Positions 1-10,326 of a DNA stretch of 64,000 nucleotides are shown one piece after another. This DNA comes from an uncultured delta proteobacterium (GTDB taxonomy: Bacteria > Myxococcota_A > Polyangia > Fen-1088). The first letter of the stretch is position 1. Each line of letters begins with the position of its first letter. The notes under the pieces were generated by a model. It saw only the letters and a program-made list of their open reading frames with translations. It had not been told where the DNA came from and made no database searches. Both the position numbers and the translations under genes were made by a program. The stretch is from contig CAVYGB010000008.1 in the NCBI GenBank assembly GCA_963767925.1, positions 896,001-960,000 on the forward strand, read 5' to 3'.

Positions 1-274
1 CGGATGCGATCCGGGCGGTCGTGCGGCTCAGCTCGATCCGATGATGCCGAAGGGCGAGCCGGATGCCGATCCGAGCGACCCAAGCCCCCAGTGCGAGCGC
101 CGGAACAGCGATGGCCAGCGACTGCCCGCTACCCCGGGTCGAGGCCGACACGAGGGACAGCCCGCCCAGCGCGACCAGCAGTCCGCCGAGCAGCAGCGGA
201 AATCCCGATACCTCGTTGAAACCGCCGCGCGCCGTTTCGATGACCAAGCTGTCTGCAGACCGCGCGATCTTCAA
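1..274 (-). CDS. Small two-TM membrane protein running off the window edge; possible immunity protein
   Basis: Manual translation from TTG at 274, after AGGAAGTAGGAA: MKIARSADSLVIETARGGFNEVSGFPLLLGGLLVALGGLSLVSAS..LAIAVPALALGAWVARIG. Open to the edge and absent from the ORF track. Confidence 0.5.
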   Translation of the reverse strand, partial: MKIARSADSLVIETARGGFNEVSGFPLLLGGLLVALGGLSLVSASTRGSGQSLAIAVPALALGAWVARIGIRLALRHHRIELSRTTARIAS

Positions 275-337
275 TTCCTACTTCCTAGGCCGCTTTCGAC
301 TCGTTTCTGCAAGATCCGAGGGCCGTCCGCCCGAGGA

Positions 338-1181
338 TCAACGCCCCGGCACCAGAAGCTCGCCATTCACGAACACCAGCCTCGGCTCGACGATGGGGAT
401 GACTGTCTGGGTGTTCGCCTGCGCCCAGGCGCCGACTCCAATTCCGATCCCGATCCCAAGGCCGCTTTCCATGGCCGGGCTGGTACTCGAACCCAACAGG
501 CCCGGCCGCGACACTGAAACCGCCGGAATCCTGCCAGGTCTCGTGGTTGCCATGGATGGTCCCGCTGTTCGAGACGGAGGTATTCACGCCGACGCCAACG
601 TTTACGCCCCATCCCGCAAGAGCCGAGCCGCCCAGCGAGATTCCCAGTCCACCGAAGCTATCCCACACCAGCCCCACCGAGCCGGTGGCGCCACCACCGA
701 GGCCGAACGGGCTCAGGGGCACGGCCACGCTGCCTTCGATCGCGATCCCGGCAACCGGTTGACCGTTGGCCTGACGGAAGCCCTCCGACGGAGAAGTCAA
801 CAGCTTCGGGGGTTGCAAGTGGGCAGGGATGCTCGCGTCCAGTGAAAGGGTCGGTTCGGAGGGCGGGTCGAAGCCATCAGTGCCGGCAGCGGGTGTCGAG
901 TCGACGCCACTCCTTTCGAGGTGGCCGTCCGGGGAGAGCCAGCCGCCGCGCTGCTCGATGGCGTTGAGCTGTGTCGAATATCTTTCCGGGGAACCAACCC
1001 CGCGCGCCCCGAGAAATACAGCCCGGAGCGCGCCGAGAAGGTACGGAACCAGTTCCTGCATTTGCCCGGGCGAGCGGACGGATGATGCTGCCCGGACCGT
1101 GCCGCCGATGAATTGCGCAGTTCCCCCGGCCGAATGGCCAGGGGCCGACGCTCGGGATGGTGGTCCCGCGATGTAGCGCAC
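338..1181 (-). pseudogene. Gly-rich protein resembling an Rhs/polymorphic-toxin C-terminal tip, frameshifted near 468
   Basis: GGGATGSVGLVWDSFGGLGISLGGSALAGWGVNVGVG..GFSVAAGPVGFEY in one frame continues as SGLGIGIGIGVGAWAQANTQTVIP in another frame, stopping at 338. Start uncertain. Confidence 0.35.
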
Positions 1182-1305
1182 AGTGTCTGTCGGCCGGGCC
1201 GGCTTTGACCGATGCCCACGTCTTCTTCTGGCGCATCCTGTTTGCGTGGGGAGGGCCGCGACTTGGCGCGCGCGGATGGAACCTGCTGATAACCTTGCCG
1301 CGCCA

Positions 1306-2297
1306 ATGACCGCCGGTCAGGTAGTTCCCCTCGCGAACGAGCGGCGCGATGGTCCGCAGATACTCGTCGTCGACGACAGTCCGGCGAACCTGGTGGCGGT
1401 CGAGGTGGCGCTGGCCGATGTGGGCGGGCGCTGGTGCAGGCCTCCTCCGGGGACGAGGCGCTGCGCGTCCTGCTGGACCACGACTTCGCGCTGATCCTCC
1501 TCGACGTGAAGATGCCCGACCTGAACGGGTTCGAGACCGCGCGGCTGATCCGCGAGCGCAAGCGCTCCCGGCACACGCCCATCATCTTCATCACCGCCTA
1601 CTCCCGCGACGATCAGGACGTGCTGGCGGCCTACAAGGTGGGCGCAGCAGGCGGCTGTTGCGGGAACAATGGACGACGCGGTGGCTATCGCCCGGGCAAT
1701 CCCGCCCGAGCTGTTGCCGCGCCTGTTCGACACGTACACCCAGGAGCGATCCGGCGACGGCGGTCTGGGCCTGGGCTTGGCGGTGGCCCGGAGGCTGGTC
1801 GAGCTGCACGGCGGCTCGATCCAGGTCCGCAGCGACGGACCCGGTCGGGGCAGCGAGTTCGTCGTGCGCCTGCTCCGCTCCGAGGAGGCGGAGGAGCCCG
1901 CCGCCGATGCGGGGGGCGCCACCGGAGCGGTGGAGGGCGGCCCGCCCCTGGTCGTGGCCGTCGTGGACGACAACGAGGACCTCCGCGAAGGGATGGCTGA
2001 GTTGCTCGCCCTCGTCGGCCACACCGTCGACGCGGCGAACGACGGCCAGAGCGGGATGACCTCGTGCTGCGGCTGCGACCGGACGTGGCGCTCATCGACA
2101 TCTCGATGCCGGACATCGATGGCTACGCGGTCGCCCGCCGCCTGCGGGAGGAGCTGGGCGAGGCCTGCCCCCGCCTGGTCGCCATGAGCGGCCACGGGCT
2201 CGAGGCCCACCGCCGCCGGGCCCGGGAGGCCGGCTTCGACGCCTACCTCATCAAGCCCTGTCCGCTCGAGGAGCTCGAGAAGACGCTGCGGCGCTGA
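1306..2297 (+). pseudogene. Degraded hybrid sensor kinase (REC - deleted HisKA - partial HATPase - REC)
   Basis: [11 protein letters not shown] / [15 protein letters not shown] (REC, frameshift ~1430); [26 protein letters not shown] (HATPase F/G2 boxes); VVDDNEDL / [12 protein letters not shown] (REC, frameshift ~2060). No H-box seen. Confidence 0.8.
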
Positions 2298-2361
2298 GAC
2301 CACGGCGCCCGCATCCAGGAGCACGCGGGGGAACGCCCCGACCGCCTGATAAGGAAGACCC

Positions 2362-3478
2362 ATAAAGAACGCATCACCCAGCAAGAAGGCGTCCGGACCA
2401 GACGGGCTCGACAATCGGCAGCTCCTCGCGGCGCTCCGTGGTTTGCGCCGCGACGAGTTCACCGTGCGCCTCCCCGACGAGCTGAGCGGCGTCGACGGCC
2501 AGATCTGCGAGACGTTCAACCAGGTCCGGAACATCGCCGAGGTGGCGCGGGCGGTCGCCAGCGGCGACTTGTCGAAGAAGATCACGGTGAGCGCGCGCGG
2601 CGAGGTGCTGGAGCTCAAGACCGTGCTCAACGCCATGGTCGACCAGCTCAACGCCTTCTCCGCCGAGGTGACCCGCGTCTCGCGCGAGGTCGGCGTCGAG
2701 GGACGCCTCGGCGGGCAGGCGGTAGTCACCGGCGTGCGTGGCGTGTGGAAGGAGCTGACCGACAACGTAAACCTGATGGGCAGCAACCTCACCGATCAGG
2801 TGCGGGACATCGCCACCGTGACGACGGCGGTGGCCAAGGGGGACCTCACCCGCAAGATCATGGTCGACGCCAAGGGGGAGATCCTCGAGCTCAAGAACAC
2901 CATCAACACGATGGTTGACCAGTTGAGCGCCTTCGCCGACCAGGTCACGCGGCTGGCCACCGAGGTCGGCACCGAGGGCAAGCTGGGCGGGCAGGCCGAC
3001 GTGCGTGGCGTGTCCGGCACCTGGCGCCACCTCACCCAAGCGGGACATGCTCCGCCGCCTCACCGAGACCGATCCTGCCCTCGTGGGCAACAAGGTGCTG
3101 CTGGTCGACGACGACGGACGCAATCTATTCGCCATCACGACCATCCTCGAGCAGCACGACATGAAGGTCGTCTACGCCGAGAACGGCCAGGAGGCACTCG
3201 ACCGGCTCGCGGAGGACGACGGCATCGAGATCGTCCTGATGGACATCATGATGCCCGAGATGGATGGCTACGAGGCGGCCCGGCGGATCCGGGCCCAGCC
3301 CAAATACGCCAAGCTGTCGATCATCGCCCTGACGGCCAAGGCCATGAAGGGCGACCGGGAGAAATGTATCAACGCCGGCGCCTCGGACTACATCACCAAG
3401 CCCATCGACGCCGACCAGCTCGTCTCGTTGCTCCGGGTGTGGCTCTATGACCTGACGCCGTTTCGCCGGCTCGCATAG
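2362..3478 (+). pseudogene. Poly-HAMP hybrid histidine kinase remnant joined out of frame to its terminal REC domain
   Basis: Alternating HAMP repeats ([29 protein letters not shown]) break at ~3037 into [40 protein letters not shown]. The apparent start codon reads ATA after AAGGAAG. Confidence 0.8.
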
Positions 3479-3518
3479 CAATGGCTGACCGACCGCCAGG
3501 CCGAAGCGCTCGAGGTGC

Positions 3519-5762
3519 TCACAGCTCGCGAAGGAGATTGAACCGGACCTGGCGGGTGTCGCCGAGGGTCACGAGGTCGTTGCTGAACGAGCCGCCGTAG
3601 ATCGTCCGGTCGGCGAGGTTGCGCACGTTGAGGGTCGCGCGCCAGCCTTTGCCCTCGTACTGCAGGGCCGCGTCGAAGACGGTGTAGCCGGGGATGGAGA
3701 AATTGTAGGAGTACCCCGTCCTCTCGCTGACACTGCGCAGGCCTAGCCCGACGCCCCAGCCCGTCAGGACACCGCTGTCCCGACGGTACATGAGCCAGGC
3801 GTTGGCCCCGTGTTTGGGCACGTTGTTGACGGTCCTGCCGACCTGGCCGGGCGTGTTGCTCCTGGTCACCACGGCATCGCTGAAGGCATAGGCCGCGTTC
3901 AGGTTTAAGCCGAAGCGCAGATCGGCGGCCATCTCGAGCTCGAGCCCCCTCACGCCCTGTTCGCCGGTTTGCACGTTGAACGCGGCGTTCGCAGGGTTGG
4001 GGGTCAGGACGTTCGTGCGTCGCAAGTCATACCCCGCCAAGGTGGCCACCTGACGTCCGCCTTCGCGTTCGAGCTTCACGCCGACCTCGATCTGTCTGCC
4101 GGTTTCCGGCTTGAATACCGCACCACCGCTGTCCAGCCCGGACACGGGCAGGAAGGAGTTGGCGAAGCTCGCGTAGGGGCCGACCCCGTCCAAGACCTCG
4201 ACGACCGCGCCGACCATGCCGGTGGTGGCGGCGTCCCTGGGCTGGTCGACGCCGCCGCTGACGTTGTTCGTTGTCTTCGTGATGAGGCGATCGTGCCGCA
4301 CGCCGTACGTGACGTGCAGCCGTTTGCCCACGTGAAGCCGGTCCCGGAGATACACGCCCAGCCCGCGGATGTCCTGCGAGCTGTCGTTGGAGGCGCCAGT
4401 ACACGGGGTGGACTCACGGAGCAGCCCGTAGACCGGCGCATAGAGGTCCACCGTGCCCAGGTCGGACGTTGCGCAGGTGAGCGCGGTCAGGCGGCCACGT
4501 TTGTAGCTCAGATCCACGCCGAAGGTCGGCTCGTGGGTACCCAGGGGTGAGTCGATCAGGCCATTGAGGTACGTGTCCAGCGCAAGCCCCTGGAAATCGT
4601 CGCGCTGGATGTTGCCGGTGCGTGCCTGGGTCCGCTCATCCGGCGCAACCATGCCGTGGAAGGAGGTGTTCCGCTGGTTCATCTGGTAGTTCTCCCAGCG
4701 GAAATTCTGGGTGACCTGCCAGCCGCCGCCGAAGCGGTGCTCAAGCGCGTAGCCCAGGCGCAGGCGCCTGGCGTCGTTGTGACCGAAGGAGGGGTCGCCG
4801 ATGAACAGACTGCGATCGACCGGCCCGTTCAGGTTCGGCAGCACCGTGCCCCTGGACGCCAGACCCTGGTTGCGCAGCCACTCCCGGTCCAGGTAACTGG
4901 CGAGGATGGTGAGGTTGGTCCGCTCGCCGAGCGCGGCGTTGAGCGAGGGCGCGATGTACCTGTTCTTGAAGAAGACATGGTCAGTGGCATCGTCGCTGTC
5001 GCTGAGCAGGCTCGCCACGCGGAACGCCGAGCGGCTGCCGGTCCAGAGCGGTCGGCCCAGGTCGGCGGTCACTTCCTTGAAGCCGAGGTTGCCCGCCGAG
5101 ACGCCCAGCGCCCCGAAGGCCTCGGCCTTGGGCCGCTTGCTGACCAGGTTGATGAGACCGCCTGGGCGAACGCGTCCGAACAGCACGGACGCGGAGCCCT
5201 TCAGAACTTCGATGCGCTCGGCGCCGAAGATCTCCTCGGCAGGGAGGTAGCCGGAGCGCATCGTGTCGAGGCCGTCGAGGTACTTCTCCTGGTTGCCTCC
5301 CACCTCGGCACCGCGGATGCCGAAGTCGTCGAAGCCGCGGTTTCCCCTCTCGCCCGACACCACCCCGGCCACGCCGGACAGGGCCTCGACCAGAGTCTTG
5401 ACCTGAGTCTGGTCGAGCCTCTCCCGGGTCAACACGGTGATGGACTGGGGGTACTCCAGGAGTCTGCTGCCGCCCTTGGTGGTGCTGATGACCGTCCCGG
5501 GCGTGACGCCCGGGACGACGCTGCCCTCGACCTTGACTGTGGGCAGCCGGGTGGCCGCGCTGGCCGCCTGGTCGGAGACCGCCCCGGCCGGGGCCGGGGT
5601 GGGCCCTGTCTCCATCGCGGGTGCGGGCGGACTCGCTTCCCTCTCGAAGCCCGCCTCGGCGGGGGCGGGCTGGGTCGGTTGCGCCCATGCGGCCTGGCAA
5701 ACCAGGGTTAGCGCGGCGGCAAGCAGGGGCGTTCGGAGCGGGATCTTTGTGTTTGTCGACAT
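3519..5762 (-). CDS. TonB-dependent siderophore receptor
   Basis: Signal peptide ending AWA; plug motifs PQSITVL, FGIRG, ERIEVLKGSASVLFG..PGGLINLVSKRP; barrel motifs FKPETG.QIEVGVK and NVRNL.D. Confidence 0.95.
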   Translation of the reverse strand: MSTNTKIPLRTPLLAAALTLVCQAAWAQPTQPAPAEAGFEREASPPAPAMETGPTPAPAGAVSDQAASAATRLPTVKVEGSVVPGVTPGTVISTTKGGSRLLEYPQSITVLTRERLDQTQVKTLVEALSGVAGVVSGERGNRGFDDFGIRGAEVGGNQEKYLDGLDTMRSGYLPAEEIFGAERIEVLKGSASVLFGRVRPGGLINLVSKRPKAEAFGALGVSAGNLGFKEVTADLGRPLWTGSRSAFRVASLLSDSDDATDHVFFKNRYIAPSLNAALGERTNLTILASYLDREWLRNQGLASRGTVLPNLNGPVDRSLFIGDPSFGHNDARRLRLGYALEHRFGGGWQVTQNFRWENYQMNQRNTSFHGMVAPDERTQARTGNIQRDDFQGLALDTYLNGLIDSPLGTHEPTFGVDLSYKRGRLTALTCATSDLGTVDLYAPVYGLLRESTPCTGASNDSSQDIRGLGVYLRDRLHVGKRLHVTYGVRHDRLITKTTNNVSGGVDQPRDAATTGMVGAVVEVLDGVGPYASFANSFLPVSGLDSGGAVFKPETGRQIEVGVKLEREGGRQVATLAGYDLRRTNVLTPNPANAAFNVQTGEQGVRGLELEMAADLRFGLNLNAAYAFSDAVVTRSNTPGQVGRTVNNVPKHGANAWLMYRRDSGVLTGWGVGLGLRSVSERTGYSYNFSIPGYTVFDAALQYEGKGWRATLNVRNLADRTIYGGSFSNDLVTLGDTRQVRFNLLREL

Positions 5763-5797
5763 GGTCAGTCCTCGAGCGTGTCGACTGGACCAATACT

Positions 5798-5816
5798 GCA
5801 AGTGACTCTCATTTTC
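5798..5816 (-). promoter_or_regulatory. Fur box upstream of the first TonB receptor
   Basis: GAAAATGAGAGTCACTTGC on the minus strand matches 13/19 of GATAATGATAATCATTATC, ~36 nt before the ATG. Confidence 0.65.
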
Positions 5817-5941
5817 AACTCACCGATGAAGGTTCGTAGCGATCGCACTCCGGGACCCTGGAAAGACCCCGGGGTCATCGCTCGGGATGCCTCCCGGGCG
5901 TTGCCTCGACGGCGGGACGAGGTGGCACTCGTCGGTCGAGG

Positions 5942-6619
5942 TCAGGCGCCGGTCGCCCGCAGGATGTACCCCTGGCCGCGGCGGGTCTCGATCAGGGACG
6001 GCTCGCCGGGTTCATCGATGCGACGTCGCAGTGTACAGACGGTCGAGTCGACCGCGTTGCTGGCGAGCTCCGTGTGGCCGTCGTAGACGTGCTCCTCGAT
6101 CTCGGCCCGGCTCACCACCTGTCCCCGCCGTGCCACCAGGTACTCCAGCACCGCGTATTCGCGGGGGGTCAGTGTGATCCCTCGGCCATCGCGGAGCACC
6201 TGGCGGGCGACCGTATCGATCTCCAGGCGCCCTATGACAACGCGGGGGCTCCGCTGGCCATGGCGCCGGCGCAGCAGCGCTTGAATGCGCGCCAGCAGCT
6301 CCTCGAAGGCAAACGGCTTGACCAGAAAGTCGTCGGCGCCGGCGCGCAGGCCGCGCACGCGGTCTTCGACCGTGTCGCGCGCGGTGAGGATGAGCACCAG
6401 CGCGTCCCCGTCACCGTCGCGCAGCCTTCGTAGCACACTCAGGCCGTCCAGGCCGGGCAACATGAGGTCCAGAACGATGACGTCGTAGGCATTGGTCTCG
6501 GCCAGGGCCAGTGCGCTAGTCCCTTCGATGGCGACGTCGAGCGCGAATCCCGCGCGCCTGAGGCCGGCGCCCACGTAACGTTGCAACAGAGGGGAGTCCT
6601 CTACCAGTAACAGTCGCAT
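5942..6619 (-). CDS. OmpR-family response regulator with no adjacent kinase
   Basis: MRLLLVED..VLDLMLPGLDG..LTARD..GADDFLVKPF receiver; LTPREY..IETRRGQGY winged helix. Confidence 0.95.
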   Translation of the reverse strand: MRLLLVEDSPLLQRYVGAGLRRAGFALDVAIEGTSALALAETNAYDVIVLDLMLPGLDGLSVLRRLRDGDGDALVLILTARDTVEDRVRGLRAGADDFLVKPFAFEELLARIQALLRRRHGQRSPRVVIGRLEIDTVARQVLRDGRGITLTPREYAVLEYLVARRGQVVSRAEIEEHVYDGHTELASNAVDSTVCTLRRRIDEPGEPSLIETRRGQGYILRATGA

Positions 6620-6784
6620 GTCCTGCCCAGCGAAGCGTATGCGCCGAAGGTGACCGGACCCTGACGGCTGCCAGAGTCCCTGAAGCTCCGCGCATCGAGT
6701 CGTGAGCCCGGCCGTCTTCGACTGCCCGCACCCGCAGGAGGGGTTCCCGGCGACGTCCCGGGGCCGGGGGAGGGCGCCGGCCGC

Positions 6785-7789
6785 TCAGGGGGTCCGGTAG
6801 ATTCGAACCTCGGCCGGCCTGTCGTCCTGGGCAGGCACCGCCACCGCAAAGAGCCGCAGCTCGGGCGAATAGGTCGAGGTCTTGGCGCCCTTGGCCGTGG
6901 GCGTGTTGCCCAGGAGCTCGTAGTCGTTGGGCCCCCTCTGGCGAATCATCGTGGCGAACCCCTCGCCCAGTGAGAGGAAGATCAGCTTGCGCCGCGGGTC
7001 GAATTGCATGTCGTCGGCGCCCTTGGGGACGGGGACCGAGGCGACAACCTTCCCCGACTCGGTGTCGAGCACCAGCAGAGCTCCCTCACGCGAGGCAACG
7101 AACAGGCGGTGGTTGGACTCATCGAGCGCCAGGGCATGGTTGTCGGACCGACCCTCGAGGGTGAAGGTCCCCAGTACCGTGGTGGCCTTCTTGTCGACCA
7201 CCGCCACCTTGCCCACCTTGGGCATGTTCACGAAGATGCGGTTACCCTTGCTCTCGATCTCGAAGGCGCAGGCCGGGCTCTCCAGGGCTACCTCCGTCAG
7301 CTTCGTCCCCTTGACCGGGTCGGTGACGGCCAGGTGGGCCTTTCCGTGGCCGACGTAGACGCGCTTGCTCCTTGGTTCGTAGCGGAGATTGTCCGTCGTC
7401 TCGTCGAGCTGGATCTCCTTTACCAGGGACAACGTCTTGAGGTCGAAGAACGAGCATTTGGCGTCACCCGACGTGCAGGTCGCGACCTGCTCGAGCTCGC
7501 GGATCACCTTCACGCCCTGGGGTGCCTTCAGCCCGGGGATGCTCCTCTCGACCGTGCCCGAGGCCAGGTCGATCACCTCGAGCGAGCCGTTCGACTTGGC
7601 GGCCACGAACAGGCGCTTGCTTGGCGCATCGAAGGCCAGGTGGTCGAAGCCGCCCTTGACGCCCGGGAGGGGGACCGTCTTGTCGAGCTGAAAGACCTCC
7701 TTGCCCTTCCTGGCGTCAGCCGCCGCGCTCGACCCAGGGCCGGTCAAGATTCCAAGGACGAGGCTGGCCACGACCGCTGAGAGCTTCAT
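6785..7789 (-). CDS. Secreted YncE/YVTN-like beta-propeller protein
   Basis: Signal peptide MKLSAVV..AAA; GGFDHLAFD..KRLFVA and repeated blade motifs (LALDESNHRLFVA, ADDMQFDP). Confidence 0.85.
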   Translation of the reverse strand: MKLSAVVASLVLGILTGPGSSAAADARKGKEVFQLDKTVPLPGVKGGFDHLAFDAPSKRLFVAAKSNGSLEVIDLASGTVERSIPGLKAPQGVKVIRELEQVATCTSGDAKCSFFDLKTLSLVKEIQLDETTDNLRYEPRSKRVYVGHGKAHLAVTDPVKGTKLTEVALESPACAFEIESKGNRIFVNMPKVGKVAVVDKKATTVLGTFTLEGRSDNHALALDESNHRLFVASREGALLVLDTESGKVVASVPVPKGADDMQFDPRRKLIFLSLGEGFATMIRQRGPNDYELLGNTPTAKGAKTSTYSPELRLFAVAVPAQDDRPAEVRIYRTP

Positions 7790-8012
7790 GGGATGTTTCT
7801 CCTCCGCGAGAGATACCCCGAGCCCAGGAAGATCGCCGAGCCAAAAAGCCAACGGTGCAAGACGGCCGTGTCTCCGGGCGCGTTAAGCATAACGAAGCGG
7901 TAATGTTCGCTGATTTCGTACATCTATTTCACTCGCCGCGCTCAACACTCGCCGGTCAGCCCAGGTAGATTCTGAGGCATCGCACCCCGCCCCGGTCGCG
8001 AGCAGTTGTTCA

Positions 8013-9071
8013 ATGCGCTGGCGTTTGGCTGTTGCAGGTATTAGCGGCCTTCTGCTCCTGGAGGTCGCCGCGCTTTGGGATCACCACGTGAACGTGGGGC
8101 AGGCCCTCGCGCGGCTGGACCACCTGCAGAACCGGTCCGAGGCCTTCTCCGGAGCGTGCGGCCTGACCGGTCTCGGCGGTGAGCTTCGCTCGGTTGGGTC
8201 GTCCCCGCTGCTCGCGAGCTGGCAAGACGTGGCTGGCTGCGGGGCCAGCTCCGCCACAGGTGGCGGTGCCGGTATCAAGTGGATCGGGCGAAGCGTGACC
8301 GGCGGCCTGTTCGGCGTGCAGTGCCAGGCGACCTATAGTCCGCTTCTTGCCGATCCCGCCAAGAGTGAACACCACTTTGTGGTCAACACACTCATCTCGC
8401 GGGAGCTGGGCGACCGCTGGAGTTTTGGCGTGAACGTCCCCTACGTCTACAAGTACCTGCGCGACCCCTACCAGCTCGACATCGACCTCTCGAACGGAGG
8501 GCTGGGCGATACATCTCTCCAGGTCACCCGCGAGATGGGACCGATCGCGGCGAGCGCGCTAACCGCCACCGTCGGTCTTCCCACTGGAAAGTCGGACACC
8601 CGCTTCCGCAACACGCTCCTGCGGCAGCACCAGCAACTGGGCTTCGGGAGGTTGACGGGCTCCCTGGCCCTCGACCACACGCTGGAAAAGACCTGGGGGC
8701 TGGTCGCGCTGGGCGGTCTGGCCGCCTATCGCGGCGGGGAGAACGAGCTCGGCAACTACCGGACCGCGAGCGGCAGCAGCTACGCCTTCGCCGGTGTCTA
8801 CCTGGGACCGTTCGTTCCGAGTTTCGGCCTGGCGACCACCTTCTTCGGGGGCTACGACCGCGATCGCACCGAGGAAGAGAACAGCGCCCTCTTCGTCGTG
8901 GCGGCCAACGCCAGCATCGAATGGTCCACCGACTGGATCGCGGTCCTGGTGGGCGCCTCGCTTCCCTACCAGTACGACGCGGTTTTCAAGAACAGCGAAG
9001 GATTGCCGAAGAGCCCCTGGCGCTGGGGGCAGTGGGTTCTCGGATTTGGAGTGACGGTTGCACCCTTTTGA
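8013..9071 (+). CDS. Predicted outer-membrane beta-barrel (SphA/MetA-transporter-like), copy 1
   Basis: VNVPYVYK, GLGD, GLPTG, QLGFG motifs; amphipathic strands; C-terminal Phe (VTVAPF). Paralog at 38322-39428. Confidence 0.6.
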   Translation: MRWRLAVAGISGLLLLEVAALWDHHVNVGQALARLDHLQNRSEAFSGACGLTGLGGELRSVGSSPLLASWQDVAGCGASSATGGGAGIKWIGRSVTGGLFGVQCQATYSPLLADPAKSEHHFVVNTLISRELGDRWSFGVNVPYVYKYLRDPYQLDIDLSNGGLGDTSLQVTREMGPIAASALTATVGLPTGKSDTRFRNTLLRQHQQLGFGRLTGSLALDHTLEKTWGLVALGGLAAYRGGENELGNYRTASGSSYAFAGVYLGPFVPSFGLATTFFGGYDRDRTEEENSALFVVAANASIEWSTDWIAVLVGASLPYQYDAVFKNSEGLPKSPWRWGQWVLGFGVTVAPF

Positions 9072-9083
9072 TGGAGAACACCG

Positions 9084-10211
9084 ATGAGACGCAGCCACCA
9101 ACCGTCTATCCTGTTTGGTTTCCTGCTGGGCCTGGTCCCGGCCACGCTTTCGTGCGGCCTGGACGAGCATCCGCAGGGCGGCGGCGAGCCACCTCCGGGT
9201 GATCCGGACCCTGGCGCTCCCGGACCGACTACCGTTCCACCGCCTTCAATCACGCCGACGCCCGGCCCCGCTCAACCCACCCCGGGCCCTCCGCCTCCCA
9301 GCGGGTCGCCGACTGCGACCCCCATGCCGAGCACGCCCGCGCCTCCGACCCCCGGCCCTGGCATGAACCCGGATCCGCCACCCCGACCACCCGGGCCGGT
9401 GCCACCGACCGAGCCGGCGGTGCCGGGCGTCACGATCAACGGCGTCTTCGTCCCGAAGGACAGAGCGATCGCGGTCATCCACTGGGGCCACTCCAACATG
9501 TACGGACAGGCGCGCAGTCCCGCCGACTTGCGCCCGTTCTTCTTCGACAGCGTTCCCGACGTCTGGTCCTATCGGGGCGGCGGCCGCTATGTGCCCGCCA
9601 AGGAGAAGACCGCTCTCTCCCCCGACGGTGACAGCAATAGCAATGCAGGGCCGGGCATGGCCATCTTGCGCACGCTTGTCGCGGCGGCGCCTCCCGGCGC
9701 GGGCTACCACTTCATCTCGATCGGTCGGGGCCAAGGCAGCGCCACCACCGCCCAGTACCTGAAGGGCGGGCTCTACTACTCGACCTTCATGAACCTGGCG
9801 CTGCAACTGAAGGGCAAGGTCACCTTCGCCGGCATGTTCGTCATGATGGGGATCACCGATCGGCACATGCCGACGGGGGAGCAGGCCGGATTCGCCGACC
9901 GCATGAAGCGGATCGTGGACGACATCCGCGCCGACCTGGGGGAGCCCAACTTGCCCGTGCTGCACACCGACTACGAGGTGACCTCCACCGGATCGCTCTC
10001 CATTACCACGGATTTTGCCCGCCGGGTCCGTCCGCTCATGTTGTCCCTGCCCGAGCGGATTTCCAACCTGGCGATCATCCCCTGCGAGGAGATTCCGCTC
10101 GAGGACGACCACCACTTCACGCTCGAAGGCCACAAGTTGTGGGCCGAGAGAGGCGTGGAGATCATGCGCAACCGCGGCTGGTTCCCCTGGCTCCAGCCCC
10201 CTCGACCGTAG
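9084..10211 (+). CDS. Lipoprotein with Pro-rich linker and CE6/SASA-like SGNH esterase domain, copy 1
   Basis: Lipobox TLSC; long Pro-rich tether; WGHSNM (GQSNM-like) and DDHH (DxxH). Confidence 0.75.
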   Translation: MRRSHQPSILFGFLLGLVPATLSCGLDEHPQGGGEPPPGDPDPGAPGPTTVPPPSITPTPGPAQPTPGPPPPSGSPTATPMPSTPAPPTPGPGMNPDPPPRPPGPVPPTEPAVPGVTINGVFVPKDRAIAVIHWGHSNMYGQARSPADLRPFFFDSVPDVWSYRGGGRYVPAKEKTALSPDGDSNSNAGPGMAILRTLVAAAPPGAGYHFISIGRGQGSATTAQYLKGGLYYSTFMNLALQLKGKVTFAGMFVMMGITDRHMPTGEQAGFADRMKRIVDDIRADLGEPNLPVLHTDYEVTSTGSLSITTDFARRVRPLMLSLPERISNLAIIPCEEIPLEDDHHFTLEGHKLWAERGVEIMRNRGWFPWLQPPRP

Positions 10212-10326
10212 CGCATCGGCAACGCGGTTCAGCATCGAAGTGCACGCGGACCTGGCCGACCAGAGGCGAGGTCGAACTCTCCGTAATGTAGCCGCGATAA
10301 GGTCCAGCCCTCCAGGGAGGTCGAAG

